Origin: Antedon mediterranea
Taxonomy: Eukaryota > Animalia > Echinodermata
Assembly: GCF_964355755.1 (NCBI RefSeq)
Contig: NC_092679.1
Coordinates: 6,044,201-6,108,200 of the forward strand
Direction: 5' to 3'
DNA: 64,000 bases
In this document: positions 1-13,320 of the stretch, in pieces
Position numbering within the stretch: position 1 is the first letter of the stretch
How the letters are laid out: each line of letters starts with the position of its first letter
Notes under the pieces: generated by a model
What the model saw: the letters and a program-made list of their open reading frames with translations, nothing else
The model's database searches: none
Told to the model about the DNA's origin: nothing
Made by a program: the position numbers and the translations under genes

Positions 1-76
1 AACGAAAACATTTATAAACTTCTTACGAGTAGTGAAGGAATAACTTTTTATAGTATAATCTGCAATTGTTTCCAAA

Positions 77-140
77 ATGATTTGTCCAGTATCTATGGAA
101 CTTGACCATGCAGGAGAGACTAGCTGTGATGATAATAATG
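77..140 (+). CDS. Candidate alternative first coding exon V1 (tier 1, phase 1) of type II membrane collagen-like protein
   Basis: ATG at 77; open frame MICPVSMELDHAGETSCDDNN plus 1 base; strong donor GTGAGT at 141; phase matches the acceptor at 21527. Confidence 0.55.
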
Positions 141-864
141 GTGAGTTAACTACTCTAACCTTGTATTCTTCCTCTGGATGTAGAGGAGGTACATCTACAA
201 GCTAATCTTATAAATATTAGCTAATAATATAACTTTTACTTCCTTAAAGGTAAAGTGATGAAAAAGTTATATTTTCATAAATAAATTCATGGGGATCCTC
301 ATTTATTATCTTAACTCCATTCTCTCTCCCTCTTGAAACGTTTTTCGGCATTTCAACATTATGCTTTCCACGATTTGTTTCCACATTTTTCTGTTTTGGG
401 CAGGATGGTTTACTATGCTAAAGTTTACATTTTTCCTTTTAAATCTTTTTTTATTTGGTTATATTACCCAAAATAAAATTATAAGAAAAAAGGTTTTATT
501 TTACTTGCAAGAAGATATGGTTGACATTTATGAAGAGGGGTTTTCTACTTTTAGTGGCATTAGAGCTTGCTCCTGAGGCAGAATAGGCTGTTGTTGGTTT
601 ATCCAGCTCAGGTAAGCGGCACTACAAACATCACTGTTGGCATATAAGAATATATGGAGGTGAACTTCTCTTTATCATGGATGGGGTTAATCAGCACTAT
701 CTGGCTACAATATCTGTATTTATTTATTTGTAGGGCTATTTATATATTAACTGAAGATTTAATCTCGGCTACCAAATATATTATCTATTTGAACATCATC
801 TCCTCATTTTGATTGGTATTAAAACTGGAATGTGTAAAAAAAGGAAAAACATTTTTCTTGATCA

Positions 865-931
865 ATGTATGTCTGTCATCACTGGTTTCTGTGTCTTTTA
901 AGTATTGGAGAGAATGACTATGACATCATTG
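865..931 (+). CDS. Candidate alternative first coding exon V2 (tier 1, phase 1)
   Basis: ATG at 865; MYVCHHWFLCLLSIGENDYDII plus 1 base; donor GTACGT at 932; phase 1. Confidence 0.4.
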
Positions 932-1983
932 GTACGTACTGTACTGGAGAATCGTGAGAAGCGACTACTCTGTACGTCTATACATATCTTATTTGTGCTT
1001 TCGCTTTGTAATCACAAGTCAGGGGCGCCTAGGTGGGCTTTCCACTTCACTACAACACAACAACCAATCATGAACTCATCCAAACTGTCATGCTAGTGAT
1101 TGGTCAACTCACTTGTGTTTCACGTACACCCTTACGATACAGTACGTCCAAGTGGAAACCCAGCTTGACCACAGCAACTGTATTGAATAATTATTTAATC
1201 GTGGACGTTGGCATGTTGGTCAAGATAGGATTGATAGGCACAACTGATTATTTTGTTGATTTAGTCCAAATGGTCAAATTCTTTCAAGGTAGAAATACAG
1301 TACTTGCATTGAAAACACTTGAATGATGCAAATAACAGATTACAGTACATTGATTAATACAGATACATTACTATAAAAAATATGTTTACTTTTAGGAATG
1401 TTTGTGGCTATAATATTCACATTCAGACTGGTCAAACAAATATTAGCTATAGGTCTTCATTAATGAAGAAATTTATGTTAACAAATGCTTAAAGAGAAAT
1501 ACTGTTGTAGGATTCACACTACAGTTGAGTAATTTGATGACTTCTCCAAATCTATATAGTAATTCTAGTTGAGTGCATCAAGTCATAGGTACTATGGAAC
1601 CTTGTTAATACTGTTTTCAACAAGTTAAAATGTACAGTATGGTATTAACAAAAGGTTACGCTCAACCATAGCTAAACACAAGAGCCATTATGACTCTAAA
1701 ACCCATCACAATAGTACAATAGCTAAGGATGTACTTTACCGTACATGGCATACAATTAAACTTTTCCAAACCCTGTATGGAAAATCAGTGAAGCATGACC
1801 TGACTCAGTAGTGACGTTTCTTTAGGACCATGTTTTTTTTGCCCTGAGCACAACCCGTCACTCTGATCCAGTTCCTTCCTCTAGTTTTTACTCTCAAAAT
1901 AGTAATATCTGTACTAAGTTGGAGGGCAAGTGTACTATTTGATTCAGAAGTAATAATATCTGTTTGTTAGGCTTACCATCAAT

Positions 1984-2014
1984 ATGGATCAAAGTCAGGA
2001 TGTTGAAAATAGAC
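1984..2014 (+). CDS. Candidate alternative first coding exon V3 (tier 1, phase 1)
   Basis: aatATGG start; MDQSQDVENR plus 1 base; consensus donor GTAAGT at 2015. Confidence 0.55.
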
Positions 2015-2412
2015 GTAAGTACCTCTATTCTAAAATTTAGTTCTATTTGATACTTGTTGAGTTTTATGTTTCTTAATTAGGAAAGTGTATACTGTACCTT
2101 TTGTCATAGATAAAATATAGTAATAAATAATTGAAAATAGACGCAAGTTTAATTTTTTTAATATTCTAAATCTACAGTATATCTATTTGACAAAGTTTTA
2201 TGTTCTGAATTTGATGATGATTTGATTTGAATTTATTTGGAATGAGTATAAATACATTCAAAGTGATAACATTAACTTCTGTAACTGACATAACAGAGAC
2301 ATACATTTATAGAAGATTTTCCAATATAGCCCAAAAAGCGTTATTATTTCCATTTGGGGTAGTAGTTAGTAGTGTGTATCTGTATATCTGTATTTTTTAA
2401 GTCATAGGTAAA

Positions 2413-3040
2413 ATAGAGTATAATAACCAGTGATGAAGACCAATTATAAAATTATTTAATTGAAACGTTTCTGTTTAATATTTTAATAACTCTTGACAAT
2501 TGATACACTCTCACCGCTCTTTATTAAAGGAATACCGCCAAAAAGAAAATATGATAATATTGCATTCCATTTTTAGAAGTAAATTTTATTAATGGAATAG
2601 CACACATCGTCCTGTTGTTGTCGAGCACTTTTAAAAAGACTATAAAAGGTAAAAATTAAACAACCTCCGCATCTGGTCCTTTTGTGGTTCATTACATTTG
2701 TTGTTATAGCAAAGTTTATCGTGTCGGCTTTTTATATAGAGTATAACAACCAGTGATGAAGACCAATTCTTATAAAAATATTTCATTGAAACGTTTCTAT
2801 TTTGTTAATAACTCTTGACAATTGATACGCTATCATCTTTAGTAAAGGAATACCGCCAAATAAGGAAATGTAATAATATAATGATATTGCATTCCATTTT
2901 TAGAAATGTTATTAATGGAATAGCACACATTGTCCTGTTGTGTTCGAAGAGACTAAAGGTAAAAATTAAACGGCCTCCGCATCTGGTCCTTTTGTGGTTC
3001 ATCACATTCGTTGTTATAGCAAAGTTTATTGTGTCGGCTT
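2413..3040 (+). repeat. Tandem duplication (about 320-bp unit, 2 copies), each copy with a degenerate hammerhead-like motif
   Basis: ATAGAGTATAA..ACCAGTGATGAAGACCAATT...TTGAAACGTTTCT begins at 2413 and 2736; shared body to GTGTCGGCTT. Confidence 0.8.
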
Positions 3041-5674
3041 GTTATTAGGATAAGGCCTATGTTTTATGTAATCTGTGAAATATGTGATAAAAATAGTTAG
3101 TTATCGAAACTCAATCAATCTGCTTTCTGTTTCAACATGCGCATATCCTATTAGCCACTTAATGGTTCTTTAAAATTATTGCTTTTTTCAACATCATTTG
3201 TATAGAATATCACAATGCAATGCAGTTTCAACTTTGTTCATCATGATAAACATAACTTTTTTAATTGTCATTTTCAAATGTCATTTTTTGTAATTGTAAT
3301 GCGTCCATTTTTTTTTTATGCTTAGGGACTACAAAGACAAGCCACTTTGGCTTCTGTGTGTCTTGACCATAAACAATGTAAACTGTCTGTTGATGTTGAA
3401 TAAATGTTGTTGTTTAAATAAAAATTATTGGTTTTGTATTGTGGAGAAAAAAGTCAACTTTTTTCTTCATGGTTGGATGCACTTATCCGATCAAATCCCA
3501 ATATTTTCTTTATGAAAAACCGGTAGAATGTAATTCCTGTGGTGGAATAATCCCTATCCTGTATCGTCATACTAATTTATTTTTGTTGACATCACAAAAA
3601 CAATTTATTGTAGGAGGTAGTACAACTGTGATCCTGGTCCAATGTCAACAATTGTGGTCTAAATCCGTTATTCTTATTGCCAATGGTCATGACATGCACT
3701 TTTATTATTATAGTATAGTTTTATTATTTATTTCCAGTACTTGTTTTTCCCCCTTCATTTTACTTTCTTTAAACTGTGTTTTTCACTTTTTAACTATATC
3801 ATCTTCATTGTGATACTAGGTAACTAATAGCGATTAAAAGGCACCCTTTCAACCCCCCCCCCCCCCCCTCCAAACAAAATGAATGTTATTTGTCTCTCCA
3901 ACTCCAGGCCAAAAACAAAACACAAAATGCTTATAATTAAAATTAATTTATTCACAAGTTTGAAGATACAACTTAACTAGAAATGAATTTTTCACAACAT
4001 TACAATTTCATAAAAAAACCAGTTTTATGGTAGGAACTTGAAGATTTCCTGCGTAGACAAAACATTCAAACTAGGCCAAAACAAGTTGCAACTGAAAGTT
4101 GCTTCTTGACTGATGCAACCGATTCTTTTCGTCAAGTTCGTTAACAGTTTACCGCATTCTAGGTCATTGATGCGCTTTTTCAAAACACAACTTCGTAGTG
4201 AATCACAGTTTCCTGTTTTACGATTACTCAATTTACCTAAATTTAAGTGCTGACTGTTGAGTCGTTTTACGTGACGCGCCATTGACACCTCTGCGACAGC
4301 TGTTTTATCTTTTCGTATATTTTGAAAGATTTTCGGTATCTATTATGGGATTGATAGTGACCTGATTAAAATATGACCCAGGTTTTAACGATAGATGACG
4401 TTTACGATGGTCATCTTGTCATTGTAGGGGCGTGTGAAGGGAGGGTTTGTTGGCTCTAATTCAGAATTACGATTAAATCAACTTTTTTTGTAAAGTAAAA
4501 TTAAATAGATATTAATATAGAAATGCATTATTATTTTTAACACAGAATTTTTTTACTTAAATTAAAATGCAGCGATGCAATGAACCGAACACAAAGCAGA
4601 AAATGGTTTCCAGCGTATATTTGTAACAATTATTCAACAAGAGATTCATATTCTTTGTTATGTGTCCCGTGTGCTTATCTAAATAAGAATTTACAATTAT
4701 GTACTTATTTATGTACATTACATTTTTGCATGGATTAAATATTTATCTAATTATTTTAAAATCCATGATGTTTGGAATGATTGCCAAAACATTTAGATAT
4801 TGTTAGACATTTTAAAAACATGTTATGACAATATAGACAATGTGGTGTGTACTTTAAATATAAACCATTTACTATTACGTTTGAGCCCTCGGGCGCTTCA
4901 AGATCTGGTCCAAATCATAGTTTAAATTTTTCTTAAAGTTTGATTAAATGTGAAATTAAAGTGCAGTAGTAACCTTGCACTGGATGGTAGCCAAAATATG
5001 ACTTTTATTTTGGTCACAAAATCTGGACATTCAAAATGAGGTGGTCACTTACGGTAATCTAATTGGCAGATATCCTGATAAGAAGGATCTAAATGATTAA
5101 TATAGGTCATTTGTCTTTCCTGGCATTTTACCATATAAGGGAATTATCAATAATAATATAAAATTATTAAGTATTGAACTTTTAAACCTTATTTAACAAA
5201 AATACCAAGAAAGTAGTACAGGAACATATAATAACAAACACACAATCATTGCAACACACAAACATGTTAAATATTTATACTGTAGATTATAGTATTGGAC
5301 TGTTATTGTCAAGGAAAAATTATAATTTGTATCAAATTGCATATATAATTAAATTGGATGTTAAGCTTAGAACTTTAAGCAAAGCCTTCCTGATAACAAA
5401 AAAAAGTACCTTGAATGTGGAGTGAATCCCCTTAATCATTTTATCATAACATTAGTTTGTTTATGATTATAGGAAACGTTTAAGCTTTTTATCCTGTAAC
5501 GGAACTTAAAGGGACATTTCAATTACTGTAATCTATTTGTTTTTACAGTAATTATAGAAAATTGGTAAAAGTTAATATTCTATCTGGCAGTTAAAATAAA
5601 TAAATGAATAAAAATAGGTTCTTGAATTAACTTTTTTCCTGAAAATGTATTTAACATGAGATAAATTGTTGTAC

Positions 5675-5954
5675 GTTGTCCTAGTGGGTAGTTGTCCTAG
5701 TGGGTACTTGTCCTAGTGGGTAGTTGTCCTAGAGGGTAGTTGTCCTAGTGGGTAGTTGTCCTAGTGGGTAGTTGTCCTAGAGGGGAGTTGTCTTAGCGGG
5801 TAAATGTCCGGGTGGTAGTTGTCCTATGGGGCTTATTGTCCGGGTGGTAGTTGTCCTATCGGGGTTATTGTCCAGGTGGTAGTTGTCCAGGTGGTAGTTG
5901 TCCAGGTGGTAGTTGTCCAGGTGGTAGTTGTCCAGGGCGTAGTTGTCCGGATAC
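5675..5954. repeat. 15-16-bp tandem repeat (GTTGTCCTAGTGGGTA / GGTGGTAGTTGTCCA) ending in GGATAC; likely one end of a foldback/MULE-type element
   Basis: Tandem units directly visible; no partner end found in the window. Confidence 0.75.
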
Positions 5955-8840
5955 GAAAAGTAATATATCTGAAGTTAAAGAAATATAGAGGGCAGCAGAA
6001 TACTGTGTTTAAAATTTATAACATTTTCAAACAAAAGTACTGTACAGTAATAGGCCCTGTACAAGCAGCACTTTCAGACAAGGCTGTAAAAGAGACCTAG
6101 CTCCGAACAGAAAGAAGCTATCACCTATCACCTGTTTTAAGCCTCGTAAATCTTCAATGTATGTCATATAAAGATAATATATTAATGGTCAATTAAAACC
6201 TCATTTTTATTGGTGTACAGTAAGTTTACCTTTTTTACAATCAATTAGGAGCTACCTCAATATCTAATAAATTGGGCTGTAATTCTGCCTTTTTAGTTTC
6301 TTTGTTTAAAAATTTAAATTTTGTGGGAATAGTTCCTATATGTTTAAATATAACCAGCTGTCCCAGTATGATTATATTATTAATTTTATTATTATATTTA
6401 TGAGCAAAAATTTATGATTAAGGTAACAAATGTATGATTTATTTTATTATAGGAAATGTATTATTGCAATATATAGTATGGAACTATATCCTCCATGATT
6501 GTAATAAAACGTTTCATTGTCATCTTTTGTCTGTTGTTACATTGGATCTGTTTTTGTGAACAGTTTTTTGGGTGTATCCTGGTAGTACCACGATATAGTG
6601 GTTATTAATATCGATATTCTTTATTGTTGAAAATAAACATCTTCAACTTTGTCTCGGGGAAAGAAATTTACCTTTTTTAGCCACAACAAAATGAACCACC
6701 CAAATGGCTAGTTTGCTAGGGTGAATTTCAAGCCCTTTGATTTGGGAAAAAAACTATACATCTGTTACAGAATGCTTACAAGTTACAGTAGATTACAAAT
6801 GGTAGACAAAGGTAAAACGATGGATACGTTTCACTGATAATAGGATATCTTGCCTTTCCTCCTCTAACCCATTCATGCGTCATAGGTCACACAATCCAGA
6901 TAAAATGTTAGAGTGGGAATTAGTGGTCCTAATGAACCAATTTGCGTAAAATGTATCCCTGAATTAGGGAAGTGTCAGGTGATCAACCTTGTTGATATCT
7001 TTGGAAGGAACTAATACATATACTTGTTCTAATCATAATTTGATATTGATTTTTAATACAGTATTCATTTGTATTTATATTGTCTTATATAATACCTAAA
7101 CAATGTTTCTAAGTGCTTTGCACACAAAATTGATCCAAAAAGAAGAAAAGCAGAGGAACCATTTACACTGCTCCATTTTCCAGCACTTTGAAGCTCCCAT
7201 GTGAGAGCTCGCCGGATCAGTATTTGCAAAAACTTAAGTGGTGAAAAGGCATCTGTCTATCCTACCAAAATAAGAAGAAAAAAGATGTTGCTTGAAAAGA
7301 TGTAGTAAGAAAATGATATGAAAAAATGTTCACATAGCTTGTTGACATTTTTCTTTTAATGTAGAAACTAATGTAGTATATTATTACAAAAAAACATGCA
7401 GTGCTTAAACACAACTGAAAATGTTTGACAAAATCAGAGGATGATCTAGGGGGTTAGTTGCACCAGAGGGACTCACTTCCCTTTTTGACAGCTTTAATGT
7501 ACCGTAATCATGTTAGCTCTGAAAAATCCTTCAAAAAGTATCAGGAAATTTTACAATCTATAGTAAAAAATAACAATATAAGTTATAATGACAGGCGTAT
7601 AAGGAGTTACTGTTTCAAAACAACATTGTAAAATTCTTTTTTTTTTAAATCCCAGCTGGAGGTATACAGAAGCATTTAAGGAAATCCCACAGGTGGTTTT
7701 CTAGTATACTACTGTAATTGTATATTTTGTTTCCTTTTTAGGTTACTTAATATACTATTGTCTTATCAAGTATAAGTTCACATGACTAGTAGTAATAACT
7801 TTAGCAGTTTCTATTCCATAATAAATAACTAAAACGTAATAATAGTTAATACTTATAGTGCACAAATGTAACAAAATACATAGCTCAATTTACAGGGATG
7901 ATGACCCATTCGTGAGTACATATGTACTTATATGGAAGTTGTGCAAGAAGCCCATAAATTTTCCTTAAAGTTAATTCAAAGTTAATCAAGCATGGAAAGT
8001 CACTCCTTCCTTCATGATTCAAGAATATGATCTAGAAGCCAGGCCTTCTGAATTGAACTCAGTTCGACATATCCATGCTTCTGCAAAACATCTTGGTTGA
8101 ATTCTTCATTATTTAGTAATTTTTACAAAAAGTAGAATATAGTTCTTCAATTCCATTCTTCCGGTTGGAATCGAAGAAAAGAAAGGAAAACTTGCTGGAG
8201 AGAATTGCTTCCTGTGATTTTAGTTTCATTGTGCCACGCATGGGATCAGAATGCTCCTGTAATTTTTGTCTGCCAAAACAATTGAGAACTCTGTGATTGG
8301 ATCTGTGCTTTGAACTACGGAAGGAGTTGGTGTGATTGTTCCTAACCATCAAATGAATTAGTTTGCAGTTGAATTGTTTTCATTTATGTCCTGTATTTGC
8401 GCACAGGGTTAGCTGCTTACCTATGCATATAGTAATAAGTTTTTTCAAGGTTTTTCTTTTGAGCAAGTCATTTTATCCGACTTGTATTACTTCGTAATTA
8501 TCAGTCATCGTACTAAGTAACAATTCCAGAACTTGCTATTTTTTCCTCCTGTTTGTATAAAGTGCCTTGGAATATTCGGTACAAAAACATTTATGCTGAA
8601 ACTGATTGTTAAATTGTTTTATGAACTTTTTGCTGAAAGAGAGTTTTTCGGTACCAAAAGCCTGTCTATTTGAGTGAATTTTCCAGAACTTTTTTATCAA
8701 TTGTTGCAGTTTCAAGTTGTTGCTGGTGTTGTAGAAGATTTTTACTAAAATCACTATTCCAGAACTCATCTTTTTCCTAATTTATTCATATAAATCTGAA
8801 CTTTGTTACTCTATCCATAAGTCTAAGATTTTGTAGTCAG

Positions 8841-9003
8841 ATGAAGATGGATGAAAACAGCAGTTCAACAATTGAAATAGAAACTTTGAATACTGTTGGT
8901 AATGTAGGCTTAACAGTGAACTGTGGCAGACAGATTGAAAATAAACGATTAACGGTCTTTAATGATTACCAGTGTATTGATGAAGTGGATCCTACTGCTG
9001 AAG
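8841..9003 (+). CDS. Candidate alternative first coding exon V4 (tier 1, phase 1)
   Basis: ORF MKMDENSSSTIEIETLN...DYQCIDEVDPTAE plus 1 base; donor G|GTAATG at 9004. Confidence 0.55.
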
Positions 9004-10021
9004 GTAATGTGCTCATTATTTTTTACAATGTCAAAGTTCAGGTTTGGATAATGGGGTGATGTCATCTTGACAATGTTTAGTTCTTACAGTTTTGAATGTA
9101 GATGCTTTAGACCATGAGGGATCAACCAATGAATCCTAACTGAGAATAAAAATGTGTATGACTATAATTCTGTAGTTTTCCATGGTGTTTTTTTTTAGAC
9201 ACAGTGAAGCAAAATGTTACCTATACTCTTCTAATTTAATACTCTTACTAACTAAAATAATACTTTTTTTTTGTCAAATACCAATTAGGTAGCACTTAGA
9301 GAGACTTGTTAGGAGCAGTGTCTTTAAAATGAATTGAATATTGTTCGATAGTAAAAATCTTGTCTTGTACACAGAAAAACGAAAATCATTTGGCAATAGA
9401 CCAATCTAAAACTAGTTTTTTTTTTTGACAGTTACCGGTTATGAAACCAAAGTTATTTTAGAACAGACAAACATAGCCAGTGTTACAGTGGCTCATTCCA
9501 AATACAGCATAGGAAACCATTGTCTTTTAGTTGCAGTCTAAACCATTTCCTTTTCTAATATTAATCGGAAAAAAAAGAGATAATAATAGTTCATTTTAAG
9601 AGGCATAGATTTAATCACTATCCTAGAAAATAAATAATAGTAAGGACAACATTTTCATTAAATATTTTAGCAATAACTAATCTGAATTTGGAGTGAACAT
9701 TTTTCACTATATATATGATTTGTGGTGGTACTGTAATGTGAATGCTACACCGGGCGAAAATGTTCCCTGTAGGTGGTTGTTGAGGTTTGCGGTGTCACTG
9801 CCTAAGAAACTGCAAACAAATTAATAACACCAACATTCAGTATAAGCTTCGAAGCAACGAAGACTTAAATTTTGTTTTGTACCATAAAGGTCAGAATTCC
9901 AGGTCATTTAAGCAAACTAGTCATTCTCTGTTAACGAAATTGAATAAAAGTCAATAGACTACACAAATATTCCCTTAGGATATTAATCAACATGAATTAA
10001 TATTTGGCCGGAAGTGTTAGG

Positions 10022-10221
10022 AAGTTTGCAGAAGCTTGGGTTTACTTTATAGAGTTGAATATTAAATAACTACTGTAAAGTCAATTTATAGCGCCCTCAG
10101 TGTGGTCTCTTTATTTAGCAAAAGTGGTCTGAAGTTTGCAGAAGCTTAGTAGGTTTACTTTATATATTTGAAAGATATAACTACTGTAGAGTCAATTGCC
10201 AGCGCCCTCAATGTAGTCTCT
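10022..10221. repeat. Degenerate tandem duplication, about 110-120 bp
   Basis: GAAGTTTGCAGAAGCTT...TAACTACTGTA.AGTCAATT...AGCGCCCTCA occurs twice. Confidence 0.6.
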
Positions 10222-10398
10222 AGTATTACCGGAAGGGTTTGTGGTTCTATTCCTATTGTTGCTCCAAACTTTATTCTCATTTTGTGCAAAACTTTGAGTG
10301 ACTTTGTGTAAAACTTGTGAAAATGTTACCTATGTGCAAATGTTTAACCACTTTACATAAAACTTTTAACCCTTCAATTTTGTAAACCTTTAAGCCAT

Positions 10399-10607
10399 TT
10401 TGTGCAAAGTTTTACCTATTTTGTGCAAAGTTTGACCTATTTTGTACAAATCTTTACCTATTTTGTGCAAAGTTTTACCTATTTTGTGCAAATCTTTACC
10501 TATTTTGTTCCAAGTTTTACCTATTTTGTGAAAGGTTCATTTAATTTTTGCAAATATTTACCTATTTTGTGCCAAGTTTTACCTACTGTGCAAAGTTTGA
10601 TTTACCT
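10399..10607. repeat. 21-bp minisatellite (approx. TTTTGTGCAAAGTTTTACCTA)
   Basis: 7-aa periodicity (FVQSFTY) in the spurious ORF 10402-10698. Confidence 0.85.
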
Positions 10608-11636
10608 ACTTTTAATTGGCATAATGACAAGAATTAACATTAAAAATCAATATCTGCATTATAAAGGTTTGGTTCCTAACCAAATAATGGTTGAATAGAC
10701 GATGATTACAGCTTTTAATTTACAGCTAATTAACTTCTCTCTTGTATATTTTATCTTTTTAACTATCATTAATGCTGCATATTGTTAAAGTTATTAGGAA
10801 GCATTCAATTTGCGATTATGTTTAAATTCTTTAAAGTTAAATACGGTTTTTCCCTACTCCGTTTAACTTTAAAGACTTATCTCCCTGATGCAATGTATTA
10901 AATAGTTAAAATGATAATTATAATTAATATGATTTAGTATCTATATTCCATAATTGGTAAACAGATACCAACATATGTTTTTAATTATTGACAACATTGT
11001 GTTTGTTTACCACACAATCTTGGCAGTGTGCCATTAATAATCAATAAACATGACATGTGATTTCCTACCTAGAAGTATTGTAAATAACTTTGTATTACGC
11101 CGCGGTATTCACTTCATATGTATATAAACGATTGGATAATGATTATTATATAACACTTTACTTAAATAAAGAATTGTAAATACACATCGTATTGTCACAT
11201 GCTCTTTTAAATATTAACCGGTATTGTAAATATTGAACAGAGAAACCTTGCTGGTACATTTAGTTAGAGATTGCTGAATAAAATGATCATCAAATTTTGG
11301 CAAGAATTCAGCTAAGCTACAGTTAGGCCAGATAACTACCAAGGCTATGTTTACAACAGGTATTTAGAATAGAGACTATATGTAATATTCTATAATATCA
11401 CCAAGGATATGCAACTACAAAAGACACTTGGCAGTGAGTGGCTAGTTGAGCTCATGTTTAATTCATTTTTTGTCATGCTGTGCACTGTGACAAAACCACA
11501 TTCCATTATTGATTGCTATTCTGTGAATAGATCGCGCTATTTACGTAGCCAACCAAAGCAGTCTCTCAACAGATATATTACCGGCAGCTACTTGTACTAG
11601 ACAGTTCTATTAAACTAGACAATAATTTTATTTAAC

Positions 11637-11697
11637 ATGTCGGCCAACGAGTTCTACCATTATCCAAGTAATAACAACGGTTGGAATGTAATTTACT
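11637..11697 (+). CDS. Candidate alternative first coding exon V5 (tier 1, phase 1)
   Basis: aacATG; MSANEFYHYPSNNNGWNVIY plus 1 base; consensus donor GTAAGT at 11698. Confidence 0.55.
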
Positions 11698-13092
11698 GTA
11701 AGTAATTCTTTTGAACTGTTTTTATATCTTTTAATTAATTGTTTATGTTAAGATCATCATTAATAATTAGAGAGGAAGGTACAGTACAAATCTGTGTGTA
11801 CATTCATCGGATGATTTTTCGTTCTCGAAACAACCTAACACCTTCTGAGATCCATGATGTCATTGGCTAAAATTATTTTACAATAAAATAGAGGAACCAT
11901 AGGCCTACAGTTTCTTGATGTGATTTTGATCAAGATAAAATGAACCTAGATTAGTGGAGACATATGGTAATAATATTATGTGGGTTTTTGTGGGATGTAC
12001 AGCATGGGTGTGGAGTTGTGATATGCGCACTAAATAATATTTCGTAAAAGGACAAGATGCTTGTTTATATAAAGAAAATGCTTTTAATAAATTATTTAAT
12101 ACATACATGTGCTTCAAATTAACAAAGAAGTTATTTGTAAATATTAAATTATAAAATTTAGTAAGAAATATTAGATTTGAAAAGAATATATTGAAACATA
12201 TATTTAAATGAAATATACTAAACTTATAATATGAATTTTTAAAAAATGTTTCAATGTCAATAAAAAAAAAAATGATTTCATTGAGGATGAGGAAATAATT
12301 ATAAAAGTAAAATCTAGATTTGAACTTGCAGTTATCCCTGCAAATTATATATCCTTCTACTACTAGTGGAAATGATATTAATAAACCTTATGGCATCTAA
12401 TATATGCGGACTTTCTACCACATAGATTAAATTTCATTTTATATCAAGAAAAAGAATAATCCTAGATTACTTTTAAGTACGATATGCAAATTATTTTATT
12501 TTTTATTTCCTTATAAATAGATAAAAAAACATATATAAACATGACAGTTAATTTTATTGTTTCTTATTATTCATAAGCTAATATTTTACATTTAATAGCC
12601 AGTAGTAAAACTCATTAACATAATTCAAAATAAATATGCAAATTATTTTTTCCAACTACTTGTGTATAAAAGGAAATATTAATACCTTAGCTTCCTTTTT
12701 CATTCATAAGTTGAGTTGTATTCATAGACGGATGTTATTCGTAGTAAAAAAAACCATCTTGTGAATGAGTTTATGCTAATGACTTAACCGACCAATAAAA
12801 TCAGTGGAAAATGTATGGGAATAATTAGTCATACGTAAGCAAAATGAAATTGGCTCACTGCCAATATTCGTTTGTGACGCGATGTAATTTATTATTCTAA
12901 GACACAGAGATATAGAAAATTATAATTAGAAATACAGACGGATTGAACAATATATGTTATAAAAAGTCTATAAAAATTATTTTACTGTATCATCAGAGTA
13001 TTAGAATATAGTACTGTATAAACAAACATTGCCAAATTTTAAGAATTTAAAAATTACTTTTTAATATTTATTTATAAACATTTTATGCTAAT

Positions 13093-13320
13093 GACTTGCA
13101 CTGATGAAGGGCTAGTGTTGCCTGAAAGCTCTGAAAATGTTTCTGGCTGATGGTTTTAATTTAGTTTTTGGCTTATTTTTTTGGATCCTTATTGACATCC
13201 AGCCACCGATGACCACAGCACTGTCATTTTTTCAGTGCTTATGTTATTTTGTATCTCCATTGAGATCCAGCCACTGATGCCCACAGCATTTTCATTTTTT
13301 CAGTAATTTTCTTTTTTCAG
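13093..13320 (+). mobile_element. Penelope-like/retrozyme remnant: minimal hammerhead-like motif followed by two units of about 67 bp
   Basis: CTGATGA (13101), AGGGC..GCCT stem, GAAA-GC-TC; the downstream unit CCATTGAGATCCAGCCACTGAT... recurs at 36720-37053. Confidence 0.55.

Noticed and set aside
530-611. ATG...CAG|GTAAGC phase-1 exon candidate (MKRGFLLLVALELAPEAE*AVVGLSSS)
   Set aside because: In-frame TAG at 584-586; could be a non-coding or decayed first exon but is not supportable as CDS.
4025-4288. 87-aa minus-strand ORF in a CpG-richer patch, possibly a transposase remnant
   Set aside because: No diagnostic motif and no matching TIR/TSD pair found.
7898-7911. ATGATGACCCATTC|GTGAGT micro-exon candidate
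   Set aside because: Phase 2 in the tier-1 zone and very short; no support. Recorded as a counterexample to the phase pattern.
8113-8769. Minus-strand ORF fragments that look like decayed coding sequence
   Set aside because: No recognisable motif, multiple stops and frameshifts; cannot be assigned.
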